Assembly: GCA_036525795.1 (NCBI GenBank)
Contig: DATCZS010000112.1
Coordinates: 8,635 to 72,634 of the forward strand
From: Acidimicrobiia bacterium
GTDB taxonomy: Bacteria > Actinomycetota > Acidimicrobiia > Spongiisociales > ZC4RG35
Reading direction: 5' to 3'
DNA: 64,000 bases
Shown here: positions 8,274 to 21,746 of the stretch, one piece after another
How positions within the stretch are numbered: the first letter of the stretch is position 1
Layout of the letters: every line of letters begins with the position of its first letter
Notes under the pieces: generated by a model
Told to the model about the DNA's origin: nothing
Databases searched by the model: none
What the model saw: only the letters and a program-made list of their open reading frames with translations
Translations under genes and position numbers: made by a program

Positions 8274-9059
8274 ATGCCGTCCAGGAGTCCGAAGATGCCG
8301 TCCGCGCGCACATTGTTGGCTCTCGCCTTGGTCCTGGCCTCGTGCGCCTCCCCCGATCCGGTCCAGCCGTCTCCGACCTCGGCGGACATTCCCGACCAGG
8401 ACGGGGCGGGGACCGACGCACATGACGAGCAGTCCGGGGGCCACACCCCCGATGACATGCAATCCCTCGAGTGGGACGGCGGGGCTCTTCCCGAACTCTC
8501 CATCTCCGTGACCGGTGACAGCGCCCAGGGTTGGACCGTGGCGACGTCGATCACCAACTTCACCCTCACCGGCTCGGATGCGTCCGATCACGTACGCGGG
8601 CAGGGTCACGCCCACATCTGGGTCGACGGGCGGGTGTTCACGATGATCACGGAGCCGACCGTCGTGATCCCGATCCTCGACCCGGGCACCCACGAGATCA
8701 TGGTCACGCTCAGTTCGAACGATCACCTGGACTACGTTCACGACGGGGAGCCATTGATGGCCCGGACCATCGTCGAGGTGGCCGGTATCGAGGACGACCA
8801 CCCGATCTTCACTATCGAGATCGCAGGCGGGACTGTGACCGTCGACGACGACAGGCCCCGGGTGAACATCGGCGACGAGGTGGAGCTGCGTATCACGTCC
8901 GACGTGACCGACGAGGTACACGTCCACGGCTATGACGTCACCGGTGCGCTCCAGCCGGGTGTCGAGGCCATCATGCGCTTCACAGCTGACGTGCCCGGCA
9001 TCTTCGAGATCGAACTCGAGTCTTCCGGGCTTCACCTGTTCGACCTCCAGGTCGGCTGA
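8274..9059 (+). CDS. lipoprotein with C-terminal cupredoxin-like domain; hypothetical
   Basis: signal peptide plus lipobox LVLASCAS; beta-rich C-terminal region (ELRITSDVTDEVHVHGYDV...IFEIELESSG); family uncertain. Confidence 0.5.
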   Translation: MPSRSPKMPSARTLLALALVLASCASPDPVQPSPTSADIPDQDGAGTDAHDEQSGGHTPDDMQSLEWDGGALPELSISVTGDSAQGWTVATSITNFTLTGSDASDHVRGQGHAHIWVDGRVFTMITEPTVVIPILDPGTHEIMVTLSSNDHLDYVHDGEPLMARTIVEVAGIEDDHPIFTIEIAGGTVTVDDDRPRVNIGDEVELRITSDVTDEVHVHGYDVTGALQPGVEAIMRFTADVPGIFEIELESSGLHLFDLQVG

Positions 9060-9158
9060 CCTCTCGGCCAGGTCACCTCTCTCTTCCGGGTCGGAACGCT
9101 CTGGGAACCCCCGCCGGAATGCGGTACGTCAAAGGTGTGAGCCCAAGGAGGTTGAGAC

Positions 9159-9887
9159 ATGCGCCGTATCGCAACCGTGACGATTGTCCTCGGGTTGGTC
9201 GTGGCGGCGTGTGGCGACAGCGCCGGCACGGTCCTCCAGCCCGCGGCGAACGAAGGAGCGGTCATGCCCAATACCATCTCCGTTTCCGGGACCGGTGAGG
9301 TCGCGGGCACTCCGGACACGCTCATCGTCGACCTGGGCGTGGCGGTGCTCCGCCCGAATGTCGGAAGGGCGACTTCGGACGCCGCCACCCTGCTCGAGGC
9401 GGTGATCAGTGCGGTGAAAGCCACCGGGGTGGCAGAACGCGACATCCAGACCACCAACTACGCGATCTGGCCCGAGTACGACTACCGCAACGACGCTCAG
9501 ACGCTGCGCGGGTACCGGGTCACGAACACCATCTCGATCAAGATCCGTGACCTCGACGGCGCCGGAGCGACCATCGACGCCGCAACCGCCGCCGGCGGCG
9601 ACGACGCCGTCGTCAACGGCATCCGTTTCGACATCGAAGAAAACGGGGCCCTCATCACCGCCGCCCGGGAAGCGGCCTGGAACGATGCCCTGTCAAAGGC
9701 CGAACAACTGGCGGGCCTGGCAGGGGTCGGACTGGGACAGGCGTTGTCGATCACCGAGTCGACGTCTTCGACTCCGCCGCCGGTGTTCAGAGCCGAGGCG
9801 CTCGACGCGGGCGCGGCCACCCCGATCCAGCCAGGCGAGCAGGTGGTGTCGGTGACGGTGCAAGTGAGCTTCACCATCGAGGGCTGA
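9159..9887 (+). CDS. SIMPL-domain (DUF541) secreted/lipoprotein, 26 kDa periplasmic immunogenic-protein family
   Basis: lipobox VVAACGD; SIMPL signature ISVSGTGEVAGTPDTLIVDLGV... Confidence 0.8.
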   Translation: MRRIATVTIVLGLVVAACGDSAGTVLQPAANEGAVMPNTISVSGTGEVAGTPDTLIVDLGVAVLRPNVGRATSDAATLLEAVISAVKATGVAERDIQTTNYAIWPEYDYRNDAQTLRGYRVTNTISIKIRDLDGAGATIDAATAAGGDDAVVNGIRFDIEENGALITAAREAAWNDALSKAEQLAGLAGVGLGQALSITESTSSTPPPVFRAEALDAGAATPIQPGEQVVSVTVQVSFTIEG

Positions 9888-9904
9888 GCGGGACGCTCCC
9901 CCGA

Positions 9905-10540
9905 GTGGCTAGCGTCGTTTCGGTGTTCACCGTGGTCGTCGCCGCCGCCGAAGAGTTGGGGGGTCGAGCCGCCTCGGCGCTCCTCGGCCATCCCGCCGTC
10001 GAGACGGTCGGAGTCGTCGACCGGGACCCACCCAAGTCGTGGGGCAACCGTGCACGTCGCGTGGCGGGCCCCTCGGGTTTCGACGTGGGAATCGGCGTCG
10101 ACGGCGCCGGCGTGAGGGTCTTTCGCCGGGCCCCGCTTGGCGGCGGCATCGGGTGGGCGTCGCCGGCCGGGTTGGCCATGGCGGCAAGGTCCCGGGTCGA
10201 GGGTCCTGCCACCTGTGCGGTCACCGTCCCGGGAAGGCCACTGTCCGACGGCGAGGCGTTCGCATTCCCTCCCCCGATCGGGTGGTCGCGGGGTGTGGTG
10301 GGCCCGGAGGACGTCTACGAGTGCCCTGTGGAGGGACCACATGCCGGGGCATTGGCGCGGGGCCGATCCGGGGAAACGGTCGCGACGTCCGACGATGCGC
10401 TCTTCCTCAACGCGATCTGCCTGGCGGCCGGTGCGGTCGTGGCGGCCGAGCGGCCAGGCATCGCATCGGTGTGGGAAGCCGCAGAGGACTACCTGGCGGC
10501 GTGCGAGGCCCTGGGGGTCGTTCTGGCTGCGTCCGGCTGA
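9905..10540 (+). CDS. hypothetical protein (GTG start)
   Basis: third-codon positions strongly G/C in this frame, unlike the overlapping antisense ORF 9497..10342; no recognised domain. Confidence 0.35.
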   Translation: MASVVSVFTVVVAAAEELGGRAASALLGHPAVETVGVVDRDPPKSWGNRARRVAGPSGFDVGIGVDGAGVRVFRRAPLGGGIGWASPAGLAMAARSRVEGPATCAVTVPGRPLSDGEAFAFPPPIGWSRGVVGPEDVYECPVEGPHAGALARGRSGETVATSDDALFLNAICLAAGAVVAAERPGIASVWEAAEDYLAACEALGVVLAASG

Positions 10541-10553
10541 AGGCGGGGCCGTC

Positions 10554-11027
10554 TCACGAACTGGGAATGGCCGGGTGTTCCTCGGTCGGAACGTCGAGCC
10601 TGCCGCCCGACGCAGGTGCGGGCGCCGGGGCCACGAAGCGGGGCGAGGGCGCCGGCTGATCGAGCACCTCTTCGAGCACCACGACCTCGATCCCTCCGAC
10701 CACGTCGGAGATCAGGTTGTACATCACGGCAAGCAGCGTGGTCATGCCGCATCCGAGAACCGCCCACGCGATCGACCCGAACACCGCCAGCCGAAGGAAC
10801 GACTCGGTGTTGGCAAACGGCTCCGAACCCTCCTCGAGCAGCGTGATCGACACCAGGAAGTCGGTGATCCGCTGAGGGATGTCGGCGGCGTCCACCACCG
10901 ACCAGAACATCACCAACCCCAGCACCAGACCGAGCGCCAGGATGAACCACAAGATGGCCGACACCTTGAACACCGTCCAGGCGTCGATCTTTCGGATGAT
11001 GCGCCGCACGCGCCGTACCTGGGCCAT
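10554..11027 (-). CDS. DUF3566 transmembrane protein (Rv0007-like), conserved downstream of gyrA
   Basis: MAQVRRVRRIIRKIDAWTVFKVSAILWFILALGLVLGLVMFW...; position next to gyrA as in Mycobacterium. Confidence 0.7.
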   Translation of the reverse strand: MAQVRRVRRIIRKIDAWTVFKVSAILWFILALGLVLGLVMFWSVVDAADIPQRITDFLVSITLLEEGSEPFANTESFLRLAVFGSIAWAVLGCGMTTLLAVMYNLISDVVGGIEVVVLEEVLDQPAPSPRFVAPAPAPASGGRLDVPTEEHPAIPSS

Positions 11028-11108
11028 GGCGCCCTCCGTCTCGTGTGGTGATTCAGTGTATGGGAACCCGAAGCGAAGGTCGAACGTTCACCGGACCCCC
11101 GGCGCAGG

Positions 11109-13574
<2,466 letters not shown>

Positions 13575-13607
13575 ATCGCTGCTCGCATGCTCTCGACGAT
13601 GGCCCGC

Positions 13608-15542
<1,935 letters not shown>

Positions 15543-15635
15543 TCAGGGCTGGGTGAGGGGAATTCACGTGTTGTAATTCTAGTCCTCTCGGGTGGCTGTC
15601 CCAAGCTCGTCGAGGGACCGCTCGCCCCACCTCCA

Positions 15636-15947
15636 TCACGCTTCTCGCGGTCTCCGAGCCGGGGGTCTGACCCTGATCTCGGTGACGACTCCGGGGCCCA
15701 GTTCCGCCTCCAGTCGATGCAGCAGGCTGGTGATTCCATATCGCAGGATCGCCACCGCTTGAGGGGCCACCGCCTCCACCACCAGCACACCCCGGTTGAG
15801 CGACACGGGTGTCGACTGCCGATCCCACGGGGAGCCGGCGAAGCGTTCCCACCCTTGCTCGATTCGTTGCCACACCGCCGGATCCGCCACCCCGAGGTTC
15901 GACATCAGCCTCCGGAGCAGGTCTCCGAGCCGGGCCGGGTCGTTCAT
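15636..15947 (-). CDS. dciA: DUF721 protein (Rv0004/DciA-like, putative replicative helicase operator)
   Basis: conserved position between recF and gyrB; MNDPARLGDLLRRLMSNLGV...; start placed at the ATG right after the recF stop (ORF extends to 15980). Confidence 0.55.
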   Translation of the reverse strand: MNDPARLGDLLRRLMSNLGVADPAVWQRIEQGWERFAGSPWDRQSTPVSLNRGVLVVEAVAPQAVAILRYGITSLLHRLEAELGPGVVTEIRVRPPARRPREA

Positions 15948-17041
15948 GCCGCCACCACCTTCCCGGCCTCCACCGACCACACCGATCCTTGCAGCGGCAC
16001 GTCACCCGGGTGAGCGGTCGTCACGATGGTCTGCGCGCGCGGCAGGGCATTGGTGAGGGCGGTTCCCCGTCCCGGATCGAGCTCGCTGTACACATCGTCG
16101 AGCAGCAGAACAGGGGCCGCTCCGGTGGATTCGGTGATGGCCCGGTGCGCCGCCAGGCGCAGAGCCAGCGCCACCGTGCGCTGTTCTCCCTGGCTGGCGT
16201 GATGCCGGGCGTCGTGACCGCCGAGAACCAGCACCGGTTCGTCGCGATGTGGACCGGCCGTCGTCACTCGGCGATCACGATCCTCGCGGCGGCGTTCCTC
16301 GAGTGTTCGCCGCAGCCGGTCGGTGAGTTCGGAGACCGGAACGGACGGATCGAGCGCTCCTCCCCAGGCCGAGTGGTACTCGACTCCGACGCCGACCTCC
16401 GACTCGGACACCCGTCTGTGCGCCTCCTCGAGGTGGGCGAGAATGGCAGCCAGAGCCCGCGCCCGCCTCCCCATCACGCGTCCCCCGGCCATCGCCATTC
16501 GCTCATCCCACACCGACAACGTGACCTCGTCGCCTGATCCCTGTTTGAGGAAGGCATTGCGCTGGCGAACCGCCCGCTCGAACTCGCTCTGCTCGACGTG
16601 CGCCGCCGGCCACAATTGCACCGCCACGTCGTCGATGAACTCTCGTCTCAACGCCGGGCCGCGCTTGACGATGTCGAGGTCTTCGGGGAGGAATGCGACG
16701 ATCCTCACGTGTCCCAGGAGATCCGACGATCTGACAAGGCGCTGACGATTGACCATCGACCGCCTCCCCCCGCGTCGTCGGATCTCGATCTCGATCAGCG
16801 AGGTGGCGTCTGCGGACACCACCGAGGATCTCACGAAGGCCGACTCGTGCCCGAATGCCACCAGGGCTTCGTCCGGGGCCCCTCGAAACGATTTGAGCGC
16901 TGCAACATACGACACTGCCTCCAGCAGGTTCGTCTTGCCCGCACCGTTTCTCCCGACGAGCACGTTCACGTCCTCGCTGGGGTGCCACTCCAGCTCGCCG
17001 TACGAGCGGAAGCCGGCCAGCGACAGCCACTCGATGTGCAC
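15944..17041 (-). CDS. recF: DNA replication and repair protein RecF
   Basis: MHIEWLSLAGFRSYGELEW...VLVGRNGAGKTNLLEAV (Walker A); 365 aa. Confidence 0.95.
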   Translation of the reverse strand: MHIEWLSLAGFRSYGELEWHPSEDVNVLVGRNGAGKTNLLEAVSYVAALKSFRGAPDEALVAFGHESAFVRSSVVSADATSLIEIEIRRRGGRRSMVNRQRLVRSSDLLGHVRIVAFLPEDLDIVKRGPALRREFIDDVAVQLWPAAHVEQSEFERAVRQRNAFLKQGSGDEVTLSVWDERMAMAGGRVMGRRARALAAILAHLEEAHRRVSESEVGVGVEYHSAWGGALDPSVPVSELTDRLRRTLEERRREDRDRRVTTAGPHRDEPVLVLGGHDARHHASQGEQRTVALALRLAAHRAITESTGAAPVLLLDDVYSELDPGRGTALTNALPRAQTIVTTAHPGDVPLQGSVWSVEAGKVVAA

Positions 17042-17047
17042 CGGCGA

Positions 17048-18130
17048 TCAGACCCGGACCGGCATCAACAGGTAGATGAAACTCGAATCGTCGACGGCCG
17101 ACAGGACGCTCGGCTTCAACCCGTCGATGACCTGGATCTTGACCTCGTCGCCGCTCACGGCGTTGACCCCATCGGCCAGATAGCGGGGGTTGAAAGCGAT
17201 CTGCACCTCGGACTGCTCCCCCGCGTAGGCCCCGGAGAGGTGCTCCGCCTCGGCGCCCACGTCCTGGCGGTTGACCGCGATCTCCACGCCGCCATCGGAC
17301 AACCTCAGGCGCACCGGGATGTGGTCCTCCGCCACGAGCGACACTCTGCCCAGCGCCTCCAACAGTCCTTCTTTCGACACGACCACCTGGTTGGGATAGG
17401 CCTCGGGGAGCAAGGTCTGATACTTGGGGAAGGTGCCCTCGATCATCCTCAGCCGGAGCGTTCCCCTGTGCGATGCGAACACTCCCTCTCTCCCTTCGAG
17501 GTCGACTCGCACCTTGGTGGAACCGATGGTCCGGGGGAGCTCCTTCAACCCGCGGGCAGGGATCAGCCCGGATTCTTCGATACCGACTCCCGCCAGGTCG
17601 CGCACCGCCAGCCGGTACGAGTCGGTGGCGACCAACCTGACCCCGTCCTCGCGTGACTCGAAGAGCACCCCCGTGAGGATCGGCCTGGCGGCGTCGCCGG
17701 AGGCGGCCACCGCCACCTGGGACACCGCGGCCGCCAGCGCCTCACCGTCGACTTCGGTTCCGCCCACGGGACGCTCCTCGGACGCAGGGAAGTCGTCCAC
17801 CGCCAGCTGTCGCAACGTGAACCGAGGGCCCTTTCCGACGATCTCGACATCTCCGTCCTCGGTTCCGATCGTCACCTGCCCGGACGGCATCCTCCTGACC
17901 GCCTGCTCGAGCAACCGACCGGGGATGACGGCCCTGCCTTCCTCGAGGGTCTCGACCTCCGCCTGTGTACGCACCGTCATCTCGAGGTCGGTTCCCGTCA
18001 CCTTGAGGGTCGAGCCACTCACCTCGCACAACAGGCCTTGCAGAACGGGCAGGGCAGACCGGGCTCCGACAGCCCGATTGGCACGAGAGAACACATCTCC
18101 CAGATCGTCTCGCTCGGCTCTGATTCTCAC
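17048..18130 (-). CDS. dnaN: DNA polymerase III beta sliding clamp
   Basis: GTG start; MRIRAERDDLGDVFSRANRAVG...; 360 aa, three-domain clamp pattern. Confidence 0.95.
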   Translation of the reverse strand: MRIRAERDDLGDVFSRANRAVGARSALPVLQGLLCEVSGSTLKVTGTDLEMTVRTQAEVETLEEGRAVIPGRLLEQAVRRMPSGQVTIGTEDGDVEIVGKGPRFTLRQLAVDDFPASEERPVGGTEVDGEALAAAVSQVAVAASGDAARPILTGVLFESREDGVRLVATDSYRLAVRDLAGVGIEESGLIPARGLKELPRTIGSTKVRVDLEGREGVFASHRGTLRLRMIEGTFPKYQTLLPEAYPNQVVVSKEGLLEALGRVSLVAEDHIPVRLRLSDGGVEIAVNRQDVGAEAEHLSGAYAGEQSEVQIAFNPRYLADGVNAVSGDEVKIQVIDGLKPSVLSAVDDSSFIYLLMPVRV

Positions 18131-18315
18131 AAGGGGTTTCCCTTCTTCGTCTTCTGTCTTTTGATATTCAACTCAGTAGTCGTAGTAGGCGTTGTGGATT
18201 GTGGATGATTCTGCAGATCTCCAACCGTGACGGGCGATCCCGGGCTTTTCGCGATGTGGATCTCTCCGGGTGTATTCCACAGGCGTTCGCTCCGACGCCA
18301 CGGGGTGTGGATGAG
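18131..18315. promoter_or_regulatory. putative oriC: DnaA-box cluster plus AT-rich unwinding element in the dnaN-dnaA spacer
   Basis: five TGTGGAT/ATCCACA-type boxes (18193, 18200 in tandem, 18255, 18275 reversed, 18306) and a locally AT-rich stretch 18150-18190 (cttctgtcttttgatattcaactcagtagtcgtagtagg). Confidence 0.6.
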
Positions 18316-19713
18316 TCAGGACGTTCTCCTCAGGCTCTGGGACAAGTCGGAGACCCGATCGAAGACGTCGCGATCGCTCTGCATCAGCTGCTGGACCTTC
18401 TCGATGGCGTACATCACCGTGGTGTGATCGCGGCCCCCGAACATCGCTCCGATCTTGGGCAGCGAGAGATCGGTCAGGTCGCGGCAGAGATACATCGCCA
18501 CCTGCCGGCACTGAACGAGCGGTTGCCGGCGACTGGGTCCGGTGACCTCGTCCAGGCTGAACCCGTATGCCTCGGCGGAGGCCCGGATGATCTCCGGGGC
18601 TGCCACCGCCTTGGCTTCGTGACCGGGAAGCAGATCCTGGAGCACCCGTTCGGCGACGTGGACGTCGATGGGCTCTCCCGTGAGCGAGGCAAAGGCCGTC
18701 ACCCGGGTGAGGGCACCTTCGAGCTCACGGATGTTGTCAGAGACGAGCCCGGCGATGAAGGCGAGGACGTCTGGGGGAACCTCCAGCGGAGCGAAGTCGG
18801 CGTTTCTGTTGAGGATCGCCAAGCGGGTCTCGATGTCCGGAGGCTGGATGTCGGTCAGGAGACCCCACTCGAAGCGACTTCGCAGCCGGTCTTCGAGGGT
18901 CGAGAGGTTCCGCGGATGACGATCCGAGCTGATGACCATCTGCTTGCCCGATTCGTACAGCGTGTTGAAGGTGTGGAAGAACTCCTCGAGGATCTGTTCC
19001 TTGCTCTCGAAGAACTGAACGTCGTCGAGCAAGAGGATGTCCGTGGTCCGGTATCTCGTCTTGAACTCGTCCATGCGCTTGCGCCGGATGGAGTCGATGA
19101 AGTCGTTGAAGAACGCCTCGGATGAGATGTAGCGGACGGTGAGACCCGGATAGAGCTCGAGGGCGTGATGCCCGATCGCGTTCAGGAGGTGGGTCTTGCC
19201 GAGACCGGCCCCGCCGTAGATGAACAGAGGGTTGTAGTGGTTTCCCGGTTGCTCGGCCACCGCCATGGCCGCGGCCCAGGCGAAGCGATTCGACTGGCCG
19301 ACCACGAAGCTCTCGAACCGGTACTTGCGCACCAGCCGGGCGGCGGCCTCCGGGCTGGGGAGGGCATCGCCGGCGGCTGGCTCTGGCTCATCTGGCAGAG
19401 AAGGCTGCGGGCGGATCGGGCCGGGATGGAGTTCTTCCTGGAGCGGCTCGCCGCTCGTCAGTCTGAGCTCGAGATGGGTCCCGAACGCGGTGGAGAAGGC
19501 CTCTTCGACGGCATCTCCGTGTTTGGCCATCACCCAACGCAGGTGGAAGTCCGACGGCGCGACGAGCGTCAAGCCCTCGTCGTCCATGTGACCTTCCAGC
19601 CGCGCGAGCCAGGTCTGCCATGCTCCCGGGCTCACACGAGCCCGCAATACATCGCGAAAGCGCGACCACCGATCGTCGGTGGGGTGAGGGTGCGGCAACA
19701 GTCCTCCTCCCAT
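18316..19713 (-). CDS. dnaA: chromosomal replication initiator DnaA
   Basis: AAA+ GLGKTHLLNAIG, C-terminal DNA-binding domain; longest ORF reaches 19788, but an inverted DnaA-box pair lies inside codons 8-14, so the ATG at 19713 (MGGGLLPHPHPTDDRWSRF) is preferred. Confidence 0.9.
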   Translation of the reverse strand: MGGGLLPHPHPTDDRWSRFRDVLRARVSPGAWQTWLARLEGHMDDEGLTLVAPSDFHLRWVMAKHGDAVEEAFSTAFGTHLELRLTSGEPLQEELHPGPIRPQPSLPDEPEPAAGDALPSPEAAARLVRKYRFESFVVGQSNRFAWAAAMAVAEQPGNHYNPLFIYGGAGLGKTHLLNAIGHHALELYPGLTVRYISSEAFFNDFIDSIRRKRMDEFKTRYRTTDILLLDDVQFFESKEQILEEFFHTFNTLYESGKQMVISSDRHPRNLSTLEDRLRSRFEWGLLTDIQPPDIETRLAILNRNADFAPLEVPPDVLAFIAGLVSDNIRELEGALTRVTAFASLTGEPIDVHVAERVLQDLLPGHEAKAVAAPEIIRASAEAYGFSLDEVTGPSRRQPLVQCRQVAMYLCRDLTDLSLPKIGAMFGGRDHTTVMYAIEKVQQLMQSDRDVFDRVSDLSQSLRRTS

Positions 19714-19746
19714 TTCGCTGCCATGCGGACCCGATCTCCACAGGCT

Positions 19747-19765
19747 CCTCCACACTTGTGGATAA
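19747..19765. promoter_or_regulatory. inverted DnaA-box pair (TCCACA-CT-TGTGGATAA; perfect TTATCCACA on the minus strand) at the dnaA 5' end
   Basis: read directly; consistent with dnaA autoregulation. Confidence 0.5.
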
Positions 19766-20135
19766 GCCAGACCGGGTTCGCTCTGCACACTGTCGTTCAG
19801 TTGTCGGAGCGCGTCGAACGACGGGTCCCGAAGGGGGGAAGTGACCCGATCTACGGCGTCCGACCGGCAATATAGGGAGCTCGCTTGCCGGCGTTCAAGA
19901 ACGCGGAAACCGCGACTGGACGGCCGGTCGACGGCGTCGCGATCCCGGAAATACCCTGCTGATCATTGAGGATTTCCACGTCGGGCCCCCCGGCGGGATC
20001 GGTGGGTTTGGGCGGTGACTGGTTGTCGGGTTTTTTCGCGAGCTAGCTCGGGTGTTCGCGAGTCGGCCCCGGCTTTGACAGTACGCCCCGACGGTCCGTA
20101 GCCTATTGCGGTCAATCCCGAGCAGACAGCCAATC

Positions 20136-20270
20136 ATGAAACGTACGTATCAACCCAAAGTCCGTCGGCGCAAGCGGCGGCATGGATTCCGGCACCGAAT
20201 GCACACCAGGGCCGGGCGGGCCGTTCTCAAGGCCCGCCGGGACAAGGGTCGCAAGCGGTTGGCTGCCTGA
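20136..20270 (+). CDS. rpmH: 50S ribosomal protein L34
   Basis: [44 protein letters not shown]; 44 aa; absent from the ORF track because of its length. Confidence 0.92.
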   Translation: MKRTYQPKVRRRKRRHGFRHRMHTRAGRAVLKARRDKGRKRLAA

Positions 20271-20318
20271 CCCATCACCCGGATCCCCACCCTCCGTACC
20301 CCGCGACACTTCCGCCGG

Positions 20319-20594
20319 GTGTTCGACACGGGAACCAGACGCCGCAGGGGCGGCATCACCGTGGTCAGTGCCCCGCCGGTATCGTCCGGGGGGGCGGTAG
20401 GGTTTGTGATCAGCCGTTCTTCCGGGAAGGCGGTGGTCAGGAACCGGATCAAGCGTCGCCTGCGGGCGGCGGTCCGAGAGATACCGGAGTTCCTCGAGCA
20501 GGATCGCGTTGTGATCGCCACCGGAGCGATCGCCACGGTCCCGTTCGAAACGCTGGTGCAGTGGCTTTTGGCGGCGATATCCCATGACGAGTGA
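20319..20594 (+). CDS. rnpA: ribonuclease P protein component (N-terminus uncertain)
   Basis: GTG at 20319; conserved RnpA-like residues ([16 protein letters not shown]) continue in frame upstream to the rpmH stop with no canonical start codon. Confidence 0.75.
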   Translation: MFDTGTRRRRGGITVVSAPPVSSGGAVGFVISRSSGKAVVRNRIKRRLRAAVREIPEFLEQDRVVIATGAIATVPFETLVQWLLAAISHDE

Positions 20595-20841
20595 AGAGAC
20601 ACAGACTGCGAGACCGAGTGCACGACCGTTCGTGTTCTTGATTCGCGCCTACCAGAAATTGGTAAGTCCTTCGCTTGGCAAGAACTGTCGATTCACCCCC
20701 ACCTGCTCGACGTACGCCGCCGAGGCGATGGGCCGCTTCGGCCCGGTGCGGGGTGGGTGGATGGCCGCCAAGCGGATCGGTCGTTGCCACCCTCTGGGCC
20801 CTTCCGGCTATGACCCCGTTCCGTCGACTCTGGAGCACTGA
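20584..20841 (+). CDS. yidD: membrane protein insertion efficiency factor YidD
   Basis: 85 aa; [35 protein letters not shown] signature. Confidence 0.85.
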   Translation: MTSEETQTARPSARPFVFLIRAYQKLVSPSLGKNCRFTPTCSTYAAEAMGRFGPVRGGWMAAKRIGRCHPLGPSGYDPVPSTLEH

Positions 20842-20844
20842 CGT

Positions 20845-21744
20845 ATGGGTGCGTTGTTCAGCGGTATTCAAAATGTGTTGGCGTCGGTTCTGGCGTTCTG
20901 GTACGACCTGGTGCCGTCCTTTGGGCTTGCCATCATCTTCCTGGTCATCCTCGTCAACATCCTGCTCTTCCCTTTGACGCTGCGTCAGACCAGGGCCACC
21001 CGGGCGTTTCAGGAGATCCAGCCTGAGATCAAGCGGATCCAGAAAGAACTCAAGGAAGATCCCGAGGCGATGCAGAAGGAACTGGTGCGGGTTCAGCGGG
21101 AGTCGGGTGCCTCGGCCGGTGGGTGTCTCCTCCCCCTCGTCGTCCAGTTCCCGATCTGGCTGGCGTTGTTCCGGGTGCTCACCAACATCTCCAACGTGGC
21201 GCGCGACGTCCCCGACACGACCCCGGTACTCCCCGAAGGCTCGGCGCTGCTCGATGCGGTTCGCGACCACAACATCGGTTTTCTGGGAATGGACCTCAGC
21301 CTCAACATGAGCGACGGTATCCGGAGTGGACTGGTGGCGGCGATCCCCTTCGTGGCGATGCTGGCGCTGATGGTGGCAAGCCAGTATTTCCAGCAGTGGC
21401 ACGCCCAGCGCGGCAACCACCCGCGAACCGATCTCACCGCCCAGCAACGTCAGCAGCAGCAGACCCAGCAGGTGATCACCCGGGTGATGCCCCTCTTCAT
21501 CGGCTTCATCTCGTGGAACTTCCCTGCCGGCCTCGTCGTGTACTGGACCACGTCCAACCTGTTTCGACTGGGCCAGCAGTTCGTCATCTTCGCCATTGAT
21601 GGCCGCCCCACCCCGCCGCCTGCCGGCGGTGACGGGCCACCCCGCAAGGGCGGAGACGGATCGCCGGATGACGAGGATTCATCCACCAAGAGACCGAAGC
21701 CCCAACCGCGCTCGGTCAAGAAGACGCGTCGGAGGAGGAAGTAG
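20845..21744 (+). CDS. yidC: membrane protein insertase YidC
   Basis: 299 aa; YidC/Oxa1 TM core (LFPLTLRQTRATRAFQEIQPEIKRIQ...), basic C-terminal tail. Confidence 0.9.
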   Translation: MGALFSGIQNVLASVLAFWYDLVPSFGLAIIFLVILVNILLFPLTLRQTRATRAFQEIQPEIKRIQKELKEDPEAMQKELVRVQRESGASAGGCLLPLVVQFPIWLALFRVLTNISNVARDVPDTTPVLPEGSALLDAVRDHNIGFLGMDLSLNMSDGIRSGLVAAIPFVAMLALMVASQYFQQWHAQRGNHPRTDLTAQQRQQQQTQQVITRVMPLFIGFISWNFPAGLVVYWTTSNLFRLGQQFVIFAIDGRPTPPPAGGDGPPRKGGDGSPDDEDSSTKRPKPQPRSVKKTRRRRK

Positions 21745-21746
21745 CC

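Noticed and set aside
8115-9035. 306-aa minus-strand ORF opposite the lipoprotein gene
   Set aside because: Low-complexity Asp/Gly/Arg-rich translation. The plus-strand frame has a signal peptide, lipobox and structured domain.
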